Assembly (NCBI GenBank): GCA_038321985.1
Contig: JBBQFN010000029.1
Location: 1 to 63,017, forward strand
DNA: 63,017 bases
Origin: Cyanophyceae cyanobacterium
GTDB taxonomy: Bacteria; Cyanobacteriota; Cyanobacteriia; Cyanobacteriales; Laspinemataceae
Direction of reading: 5' to 3'
The notes beneath the pieces are model-generated. The model worked only from the letters and a program-made list of their open reading frames with translations, had not been told where the DNA came from and searched no databases. A program made the translations under genes and the position numbers. Shown in pieces: positions 42,411 through 50,616 of this stretch; positions within the stretch are counted from its first letter, which is position 1, and each line of letters opens with the position of its first letter.

Positions 42411-43346
42411 ATGACCTTTTTCCGCAAAGACGAACAACTCGAAAACTTAGGCGATCGCATTTTAGCGGCCATCTGGGAGGAATTTCCCCAATTAGCCCGG
42501 AATCAGCTTGCCCTAACCTGGGTGGTTTACGACCCTCCAGTATCAGTGAATACCGGCGGTGCACTGAGTCCCGAAGCCTTTTGGGACCATCCGGTGCGCG
42601 GATTTAGCTATCGCGGAGTCGAGCGCATTTATCCAGCCAGCATTGTCAAGTTATTTTATCTCGTTGCCGTCTATGAATGGATGGAAAAAGAGATGATCCA
42701 AAGCACGAACGAGCTAGAACGTGCCATCCAAGATATGATTGTTGACTCTAGCAATGATGCTACCAGTCTGGTTGTGGATGTGTTAACCGGGACCACCAGC
42801 GGTCCGGAATTATCTGCGGGACCTTTTGAAACCTGGAAGCACCAGCGCAATTTAGTCAATCGATACTTCCAGTCTCTGGGATGGCCGGAATTAGAATCGA
42901 TCAACGTCAATCACAAAACTTGGTGCGATGGGGCCTATGGTCGGGAGCGGATTTTCCTCGGAGAGTTAATGGAAAATCGCAATATGTTGACCACGAATGC
43001 TACGGCGCGACTCTTGCATAGTATTGTCGGTGGGGTAGCCGTGTCGGCCAAGGCAACCACTGCCATGATGAAGTTAATGAAACGGTCCCTCGCACCTGAG
43101 GACCTGGCGGAGGACCCGGAAAATCAAGTCACGGGATTTTTGGGTGAGGGTCTCGATCGCCAAACTCAAATTTGGTCTAAAGCGGGTTTAACCAGCAAAG
43201 TTCGCCACGATGCGGCTTATATTGAATTACCAGAACAGCGTCCTTATTTATTGGTGGTCTTTACAGAAGGCAAGGCACATAGTAAAAATGAAGCAATTTT
43301 ACCGTTTGTTTCGCAACAAGTGGCGACGGCGGTGGGTGAGCTGTAA
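42411..43346 (+). CDS. Serine hydrolase, class A beta-lactamase-like
   Basis: YPASIVK (SxxK), SSNDAT and WSKAG motifs. Confidence 0.9.
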   Translation: MTFFRKDEQLENLGDRILAAIWEEFPQLARNQLALTWVVYDPPVSVNTGGALSPEAFWDHPVRGFSYRGVERIYPASIVKLFYLVAVYEWMEKEMIQSTNELERAIQDMIVDSSNDATSLVVDVLTGTTSGPELSAGPFETWKHQRNLVNRYFQSLGWPELESINVNHKTWCDGAYGRERIFLGELMENRNMLTTNATARLLHSIVGGVAVSAKATTAMMKLMKRSLAPEDLAEDPENQVTGFLGEGLDRQTQIWSKAGLTSKVRHDAAYIELPEQRPYLLVVFTEGKAHSKNEAILPFVSQQVATAVGEL

Positions 43347-43603
43347 ATCAGGTTGGCTTATAGGTTAAAAGGGGAGGAGGTTTGCTGATGACGACTCCCT
43401 CGCTTTGGCGCAGGTCGGGTTCTGGATTGGTCTGCTCATGGCGGCTGTTGCGTTGGGGTGCAATTCTACTAGACAATTTTTGTCGGGGAACTTCCCAGCG
43501 ACTGCATTTTTCTTGAGGTTATCCGCGAAAAAGGCGCTCTAAATTGAGATTTTCAGGGTAAAAAATCCCTTTTCTAAAATTTAAGTATCGGTTAGGAGTA
43601 ACT

Positions 43604-44398
43604 GTGAAATTTCTATTGATTGCAAGTCGGGTTTTTCTGTTCAGTCTGATGGCCCTCGCCGGTGGGAATGATCCAAATAGCGCGATCGCTCAGGAGTTAT
43701 CGGGTAATTTCGCTAAGGAATTGGGTTCAAGCGTAACCCCGGAGTTGGGCGAGGATACCTTTGTTGTAAACTCCTCATTCGATGTCTCGTCTAATGGGGA
43801 CAATCCACCCCAATTACTCACGGCTAAATCCCTGAATTCTGCGGAATTATTGACCGGAACCACGGCGATCGCAACCCCGAGTTATTTTAAGATTCCCGGC
43901 GATCAGACTGTTTCCCAAAACCCTGCGGCTGAAAGTCAAACAAATCCAGTTTTGGCTCAACGAGACAGAGATATCCAACTGGGTAGAACGAGTCGGGGAG
44001 TGGGTAACTATGTCGGGGCTGCGATTAATGTGGGCTTAAATGATCAAGCCAGTCCTCTGGGACGGGGGAGTTTTGCCCTGATTAGTAAAATTGGACTGGC
44101 TGAGCAAGTCTCCCTGCGTCCTTCCGTCTTGTTCGGAGAACATTTGATGGTGCTTGTCCCGGTAACCATTGACTTTCCCTTTGCGGATACAGAAGACACT
44201 TTACAAGTCGATCTCGCGCCTTACATTGGCAGTGGTATTGCGCTTTCTACCGATAGTGATAATTTCATTGGTTTTTTTGGCACCGCTGGAATTGATCGGG
44301 TGTTATTTGATCGATTTGTCGCAACTGCTGCCTTAAATGTTGGGTATGTCGAAGAGATTGAAGTTGGGATTTTTGTCGGCGGAGGCTATCGCTTCTAA
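43604..44398 (+). CDS. Secreted protein with a C-terminal outer-membrane beta-barrel-like domain
   Basis: Signal peptide, low-complexity linker ending LAQ, amphipathic strands and a terminal GYRF. Confidence 0.75.
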   Translation: MKFLLIASRVFLFSLMALAGGNDPNSAIAQELSGNFAKELGSSVTPELGEDTFVVNSSFDVSSNGDNPPQLLTAKSLNSAELLTGTTAIATPSYFKIPGDQTVSQNPAAESQTNPVLAQRDRDIQLGRTSRGVGNYVGAAINVGLNDQASPLGRGSFALISKIGLAEQVSLRPSVLFGEHLMVLVPVTIDFPFADTEDTLQVDLAPYIGSGIALSTDSDNFIGFFGTAGIDRVLFDRFVATAALNVGYVEEIEVGIFVGGGYRF

Positions 44399-44808
44399 CT
44401 GCCCTCCTTGTTACCTGTTCCGGAGATGACCGTCCTTCTCCTCCATCCTCGATCAAAGTGCAGCATTCATCCCTCCACTATTTGTTAAATTTTGTTTACA
44501 CAACAAGGGAACTATATCTCAGGGAAGATTCCACTTAGGGGTGAAGTGTATTAAATTAGTATTGTTTTAGCATTTGCCCTTCCGGCTTATCTGCTTCTTG
44601 CCGCCGTTTAAAGGCAAATTGCTAAGAATTTTGGCTCTTGTTTTGCGGATTTCGAGGTTTAGGTAAACCTTGGATTAATCAGAAAAATATCGGGGTGTCC
44701 GGCAAAACTACAGTCGGGTTAAATCAAGTGTTAATTCCCGTCTGATTCGCTTTTTCTGAACCCGAACTCATGCAAAAACAAGACAAAATAATTGAAGTTT
44801 ATTGATTA

Positions 44809-45588
44809 GTGTGGAGGGTTATGATGGGTGTGAGGAAAAAATTGGTAGGATTTAGTGCCTTGATGGTGTTGCCATTCTTAGGCATTACTCAGGCTCTACC
44901 TGCTACCGCGCAATATCCAAGTCAGGCAGAAGAGCCCAGTGTGGAGATACCCTGGGCGATGGACCTAGAGGCACAACCCAATCAGGAAGAGCTTGAGATG
45001 GGGATTGCGCAGCAATATCCAAATCTGGCAGAAGAGTCCAGTGTGGAGACACCCTGGGCGATGGACCTAGAGGCACAACCCAATCAGGAAGAGCTTGAGA
45101 TGGGGATTGCGCCACTCACAGAAACTGATGGTGCAGCACTTGCGGATTTGGAACAGTCTATCCAGTTTAATAAAGCCGACTTCGTGAAGGAAGCAGCCAT
45201 CCTTCCGGAAACCAACGAAGGGGAATCGCCGACTGGATCGGATCTCGCTCAAGCCCGATTTCCCAATTATCGCTACAGCGCTGGTTTTGACTTACCTAAC
45301 TTTGGTTGGGTAAGAATGAACGGTCGGGGAGTGGATAGCGTCCTGGGAATCAACGTGGGACTCGGCGTCTCTTATAAAAAATACTTTCAGCCTGCGGTTC
45401 CAGGGCAGTTTACTGGATCCTGGGGGGTGGGGACCTTTGCTTTAGTTTTACCCTACGCGACCATTGGGGGCGATTATCAGTGGGATAATGGCTGGTATGC
45501 GGGGGGCAATATCGGGGCTGGATTGTACTACTTTGACGATGTAGTTCCCTTCCCGGTGGGCTATATCGGGGTGGGTTATCGCTGGTAG
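44809..45588 (+). CDS. Secreted protein with a 34-aa tandem duplication and a C-terminal beta-barrel-like domain
   Basis: Signal peptide, duplicated acidic repeat, LAQ, Gly/aromatic strands and a terminal GYRW. The start may be the ATG at 44821. Confidence 0.75.
   Translation: MWRVMMGVRKKLVGFSALMVLPFLGITQALPATAQYPSQAEEPSVEIPWAMDLEAQPNQEELEMGIAQQYPNLAEESSVETPWAMDLEAQPNQEELEMGIAPLTETDGAALADLEQSIQFNKADFVKEAAILPETNEGESPTGSDLAQARFPNYRYSAGFDLPNFGWVRMNGRGVDSVLGINVGLGVSYKKYFQPAVPGQFTGSWGVGTFALVLPYATIGGDYQWDNGWYAGGNIGAGLYYFDDVVPFPVGYIGVGYRW
44910..45111 (+). repeat. 102-bp in-frame tandem duplication (2 copies)
   Basis: GCAATATCCAA...GGGATTGCGC starting at 44910 and 45012, with only a few substitutions. 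Confidence 0.95.
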
Positions 45589-45620
45589 AGGGCGATCGCT
45601 CCCCCGAAGTCACACTCCAT

Positions 45621-45658
45621 AAAAAATCCCCCAAGCGCTATAATGGCCTTGGGGGATT
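45621..45658 (-). terminator. Intrinsic terminator downstream of tRNA-Ser
   Basis: AATCCCCCAAG/CTTGGGGGATT stem with a T-run on the minus strand. Confidence 0.65.
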
Positions 45659-45777
45659 CTAAACATATCTTGATCTAAAACTAATTCATTCAACTACAGA
45701 ATTAGCTGAGATTGGATGTGATGGGCCGAGATTTAACGCACTGAAGGTTTAGGGAAGCCTCGGTGCTTTAAAACAAA

Positions 45778-45866
45778 CGGAGAGGGAGGGATTCGAACCC
45801 TCGTTACGATTAAAACCGTAAAACAGATTAGCAATCTGCCGCTTTCAACCACTCAGCCACCTCTCC
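45778..45866 (-). tRNA. trnS: tRNA-Ser(GCT)
   Basis: Reverse complement GGAGAGGTGGCTGAGTGG...GCAGA-TTGCTAA-TCTGT, long variable arm, GGTTCGAATCC. Confidence 0.96.
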
Positions 45867-46314
45867 AAGGTGTCTTGAGACATCATAGCAGGTTTTCTTC
45901 GGTCTGAAAAGACCTTTGGCGATGAATTTTGGAATTTTTTCAAAAAAACTGGAGGAACCCCCCCCCAAAAACCCCAGGAGATAGCCCTCAGGGGATTCTG
46001 ACGAGGGGGTGAGGACCGGCTTGGGCGATCGCCAAGGTCTATGCCCTTGCGGTTTTGGGTAAAACTAAGGGGATTGGGTTAAAATCTAATTCTCCGGTTT
46101 ATCCTACCTCAAAGCTAGATAGAGTCAGAGTTGTGGGGATAGATTTTTCAAAAGTATTAAAAGATGATAAACTGTTGAAACTTCAAATAAAAAATTAGTC
46201 AACAGACCTAACTCGCGCCAGTCTTCCAGCGGGTTAGTGGACCAACCGCACCTTTATTTAGCACTCAAGATGATAGGGTTTAAGTCAGAAACCTGCTCAA
46301 CGGTTAAAAGTATG

Positions 46315-46328
46315 GTATTTGTATTTAC
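46315..46328. promoter_or_regulatory. Putative NtcA box upstream of the SPS-like gene
   Basis: GTA-TTTGTATT-TAC(A). Confidence 0.4.
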
Positions 46329-46594
46329 AGGTGGCCCCGTTTTCTCTCACCTTCACCCGGGAGGGGAAAAAGTGAGAGGAACTCAGGGGAGAGAATCTGT
46401 TGCTTCTAGACGAAGTGCGATCAAAAACAACGCCCGCGATCGCAGATGCTCGAAAATCCATTTCAAATGCATGAATGTAAGCGCTAAATTCGGGTAAAAG
46501 CTGCAACAACATTCACTCTTCTCAATAATAAGGCATAAGCAGGCGATCAAGTCAGACTGCTTTGTGCTGTTGTCGAATTCTGGTGAAAAAAACC

Positions 46595-47869
46595 ATGGCC
46601 GTAAAAACTAACAAACACATTGCCCTAATTTCAGTTCACGGCGATCCAGCTGTAGAAATCGGGAAAGAAGAGGCGGGTGGACAAAATGTTTACGTCCGTC
46701 AAGTCGGTGAGGCACTAGCCAAGCAGGGGTGGAAAGTCGATATGTTTACCCGCAAGGCTCATGTACAAGACCAAACTGTAGTAGAGCACGCGCCTAATTG
46801 TCGCACAATTCGATTAGTAGCTGGGCCCGAAGCATTCGTACCGAGGCAAGAAATTTTTGAGTATTTGCCGACATTTGTTGAGGCGTTGATTCAGTTTCAG
46901 CAGCAAGCCGGAATAGAATATAAATTAGTTCACACAAATTACTGGCTCTCCGCCTGGGTGGGGATGGAACTCAAGAAAAAACAAGGGGTACGGCAAGTTC
47001 ACGTTTACCATTCGTTGGGAGCTGTTAAGTATAAGTCGATCTCAACGATGCCGACGATCGCCACCACCCGATTAGGGGTGGAGAAAACTTTACTGGAAAC
47101 CGCCGAACGGATTGTCGCCACCTCTCCCCAGGAAAAAGAACATATGATAACTCTGGTGTCCCCGAAAGGGAATATCCAGATTATTCCCTGTGGCACGGAT
47201 ATTCACCGCTTTGGTTCGATTAAAAAGCAAGAAGCCAGATCATTGCTGGGCATTGCACCGGAAAAGAAAGTGGTTTTATATGTGGGTCGGTTTGATTCGC
47301 GCAAGGGTATCGAAACCTTAGTTCGGGCTGTGGGTCGATCTCAGTGGCGACAAAAGGGAGACCTGAGTTTGATTATTGGGGGCGGTTCCCGTCCGGGCCA
47401 AAGTGATGGGATTGAGCGCGATCGCATTGAGGCGATCGTGGATGATTTGGATCTGCGGGAGATCACAAAATTCGCCGGACGGATCGGGGACGATTTGTTG
47501 CCGCAGTATTACGCTGCAGCAGATATTTGCGTGGTCCCGAGTCATTATGAACCCTTCGGATTGGTGGCGATCGAAGCAATGGCAAGCCGCACCCCAGTGA
47601 TTGCTAGCGATGTGGGTGGGTTACAATTTAGTGTAAAAGCCGAAGAAACCGGCTTACTCTGTCCACCCCAAGATGACGCCGCATTTGCTGAAGCAATTGA
47701 TCGGATTTTGTCCAATCCCAGTTGGGCCCATCGCCTCGGAGAAGCCTCTCGGCAACGGGTGGAAGATTTATTTAGTTGGGATGGAGTCGCTACCCAACTG
47801 AGCGAACTTTACACTTCCCTCCTAGAAGAGACAATAATGGAAGCGCCGATGGAAAAAGCGATCGCTTAA
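46595..47869 (+). CDS. GT4 glycosyltransferase, unidomain sucrose-phosphate synthase-like
   Basis: IALISVHGDPAVEIGKEEAGGQNVYV resembles Nostoc/Anabaena SpsA/SpsB N-termini; HTNYWLS and PSHYEPFGLVAIEAM. Start at ATG 46595. Confidence 0.8.
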   Translation: MAVKTNKHIALISVHGDPAVEIGKEEAGGQNVYVRQVGEALAKQGWKVDMFTRKAHVQDQTVVEHAPNCRTIRLVAGPEAFVPRQEIFEYLPTFVEALIQFQQQAGIEYKLVHTNYWLSAWVGMELKKKQGVRQVHVYHSLGAVKYKSISTMPTIATTRLGVEKTLLETAERIVATSPQEKEHMITLVSPKGNIQIIPCGTDIHRFGSIKKQEARSLLGIAPEKKVVLYVGRFDSRKGIETLVRAVGRSQWRQKGDLSLIIGGGSRPGQSDGIERDRIEAIVDDLDLREITKFAGRIGDDLLPQYYAAADICVVPSHYEPFGLVAIEAMASRTPVIASDVGGLQFSVKAEETGLLCPPQDDAAFAEAIDRILSNPSWAHRLGEASRQRVEDLFSWDGVATQLSELYTSLLEETIMEAPMEKAIA

Positions 47870-47922
47870 GATCAAGTTTTTTAAAGGCTTTTCCCTTGGG
47901 ATAAACCCCTGGTGTAAGTCTT

Positions 47923-47958
47923 AACCCCGTAGGTTCAAATCCGCCTACGGGGTTTTTC
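47923..47958 (+). terminator. Intrinsic terminator / GTAG-type palindrome
   Basis: AACCCCGTAGG...CCTACGGGGTT followed by a T run. Confidence 0.65.
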
Positions 47959-47995
47959 GATAGGCCCTGATTCCTCACTCCTGATCAAAAATATA

Positions 47996-49147
47996 ATGGA
48001 AATACGCGGCGTTTGGATGACTACCACGGATAGTCAAGTCTTCCGATCCAAAGAAAGAATCAACGAGGCAGTTGCCTTTCTCGCTGAAACGGGATTTAAT
48101 GTGATATTTCCCGTCGTCTGGACCAAAGGATTAACGCTTTATCCCAGTCGCGTTTTAAGCGAGACCTTCGGTATTGAAATCGACCCCCTTTATCAAGGTC
48201 GAGACCCCTTAGCTGAACTGATTGAAGCGGCCAATTCCTTTAGTATTGCCGTGATTCCCTGGTTTGAATATGGATTCGCTAGTTCTTACCAGGGGAATGG
48301 GGGAATGTTGCTGCAAAAAAAACCTGAATGGGCGGCAAAAGACTTCTCGGGAAATCTCCTTAACAAAAATGGTTTTGAGTGGATGAATGCACTGCACCCA
48401 GAGGTCCAAGAATTCTTATCAAAGTTAATCCTAGAAGTGGTTGATAATTACGCGATCGCAGGCATTCAAGGAGATGATCGCTTTCCGGCACTTCCCATAG
48501 AAGGCGGCTATGATGCCTTTACCCGAACTCTTTACCGCCAGACTTTTCAAGATGATCCGCCCTCAAATTGCAAAGACGCCCAGTGGCTCCAGTGGCGTGC
48601 GGATTTACTCACCGAATTTTTATCTCAACTCTCTCAACAAATTAAGGCCATTAATCCTAATTTATTGGTTTCCCTTTCCCCCAATATTTATCCTTGGTGT
48701 CTCAATGAATACCTGCAAGATTCCCAGACTTGGCTGAACCGAGGACTCACGGATTTGATGCATCCCCAAATTTATCGGCGGGACTTGAATAGCTACCAAC
48801 GCCTTGTTAAAACAATGACTAAAAGTCAGTGTTTCTCAGACCAGTTACCGCGAATTGCTCCGGGTATATTAATTAAGTTAGGAAAATATCGGATTAGCCC
48901 GGAGTATTTGTTAAGTGCGATCGACTACAATCGTGCTTGTGGGCTTCCCGGGGAGGTCTTATTTTTCTATGAAGGGTTACGTGAAGATAATGATGCATTA
49001 GCCAAACCGCTGCGATCGCGCTATAGCAGTCCCGTGCCATTTCCTACTGCCTTAGAGTTAAATCAATCTGTAGCAAATCAGCCCCCTAGTTCCCGGACCA
49101 ATCGTCCGGTTTCGAGTTGGTTAGACTGGTTAAAAAATCGGTTGTAG
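47996..49147 (+). CDS. GHL10 family glycoside hydrolase
   Basis: EIRGVW, IPWFEYG, GIQGDDR and HPQIYR; no signal peptide. Confidence 0.88.
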   Translation: MEIRGVWMTTTDSQVFRSKERINEAVAFLAETGFNVIFPVVWTKGLTLYPSRVLSETFGIEIDPLYQGRDPLAELIEAANSFSIAVIPWFEYGFASSYQGNGGMLLQKKPEWAAKDFSGNLLNKNGFEWMNALHPEVQEFLSKLILEVVDNYAIAGIQGDDRFPALPIEGGYDAFTRTLYRQTFQDDPPSNCKDAQWLQWRADLLTEFLSQLSQQIKAINPNLLVSLSPNIYPWCLNEYLQDSQTWLNRGLTDLMHPQIYRRDLNSYQRLVKTMTKSQCFSDQLPRIAPGILIKLGKYRISPEYLLSAIDYNRACGLPGEVLFFYEGLREDNDALAKPLRSRYSSPVPFPTALELNQSVANQPPSSRTNRPVSSWLDWLKNRL

Positions 49148-49184
49148 GCGATATTTTAAAGGATTTTTTCAACCTGCGATCGGC

Positions 49185-50231
49185 CTATTTAATCCAACGG
49201 TTGATCGCAGGCTGTAACTGGCGTTCGATGAGATAAGCTAGGCCAATTAATATCATAAAATTTAATGCATAAAAAGGCCAAGTTTTCGGTAACCTAGAAT
49301 TCAAACCCCACTGGACTAAAATGGGATAACTAAATACATAAATTCCATAAGAAATAGGAGCTAAAATTGACAACTTACCTAAGAGGCAATCAAAGTAAAT
49401 CAGCTTATGACGATACCAATATAGCCCGCCCATCAAAAGTAGCAAAGCAGCCAAAAAGTGGCGAAACATTAAAAAAGGATAGTAACCCGGTTTAAATTCC
49501 GACACTTGGAACAAGGGAATAGCTGAAATGACGACCATTCCTAACAGAGAGATTAAAAGAGGCCGCATATTTTTAAACGTAAATGTACTATCTCGCAAAA
49601 ATATATTAGCCATTTCCACCCCAACCCACCCGATGATTAGATAAGAACAAATTAAAGAAATTTGATTAGGAAATATTATATAAACTCCATAAGATGTAGC
49701 TGAAAATAGGAAAACATAATAAATACGATGGGTGGTTTTTAAAGACCAATGAATGAGGGGATAAAACATCATGTAAAACCACCATTCATAGGACAAAGAC
49801 CAGAGGGGTAAGTTTCCTAAAAAGGGGTAAAACCAAGTTCCGGGTTTAACACTCCCAAAATCTTGAAGTAACAAAAAATTACCCAGAATATCAATCCCAG
49901 ATAGCCTCTCCTGTAAGGTTCCATTCCAACCCAAGATAACAACCGAAAGAAGCATAGAAATTATCAAGGGGAAGTAAATTCTTTTAAACCGCTTAAGCCA
50001 GTAGTTCCAGAACGATAATTCGGGGCGACGAAATAAAGAAATTCTGACTAAAAAACCACTTAAAATAAAGAAAACAATAACCGCTTCCTGTCCAGCAGCA
50101 AATAATAATTTAACAAAACTAGGAACAAGGTTTAAACTATGTAACCCGTAAATGAAATTATGAATTAAAATATAAAGACAGGCCGCCCCCCGAATAGCAT
50201 CAAGTTTTTTAAAATAATATTTTTCACCCAT
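49185..50231 (-). CDS. Acyltransferase-3 (OafA-like) membrane O-acyltransferase
   Basis: LDAIRG, VFFILSGF, KRFKRIY, WSLSYEWWFY and ISYGIY. Confidence 0.9.
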   Translation of the reverse strand: MGEKYYFKKLDAIRGAACLYILIHNFIYGLHSLNLVPSFVKLLFAAGQEAVIVFFILSGFLVRISLFRRPELSFWNYWLKRFKRIYFPLIISMLLSVVILGWNGTLQERLSGIDILGNFLLLQDFGSVKPGTWFYPFLGNLPLWSLSYEWWFYMMFYPLIHWSLKTTHRIYYVFLFSATSYGVYIIFPNQISLICSYLIIGWVGVEMANIFLRDSTFTFKNMRPLLISLLGMVVISAIPLFQVSEFKPGYYPFLMFRHFLAALLLLMGGLYWYRHKLIYFDCLLGKLSILAPISYGIYVFSYPILVQWGLNSRLPKTWPFYALNFMILIGLAYLIERQLQPAINRWIK

Positions 50232-50616
50232 ATTCGTTCAATCCTATAGGATACAGTATTCGGGTAAAATTTAAGTTAAAGAGAGAGTCCCTGGTTGTTG
50301 AGCTTTAAAAGGATTAAGTTTCTGGGTTTTAAAAGATAATTTCCTCAAGTAAGGCGGCGTAAAAAGTGGGTAAAACATTAATTTTGTTAATTTTTGGGCC
50401 CTGGAATGAAAACCCAGTTATTCTCCTTCCGGGACGCCAACCTTTTATATTATAGGGTAGAAACATAAAAGGTCTAAATTTTTTTAGAAAAAATTTAATG
50501 CGATCGCCCGCATCACGAAGCCAGAAAAAAGAACTTGAACGGTTGGGTCAGGGGACTAGCGGACTCGACGGGTGACCTCCCGATATCGGTGTAAGTAATT
50601 TTTTCTGGAAAAATTA

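Noticed and set aside
44910..45111. Possible CRISPR array
   Set aside because: Two adjacent 102-bp in-frame units with no spacers; no cas genes in the window.
45778..46200. tRNA-anchored genomic island at tRNA-Ser or tRNA-Arg
   Set aside because: No integrase, and no duplicated tRNA 3' end seen.
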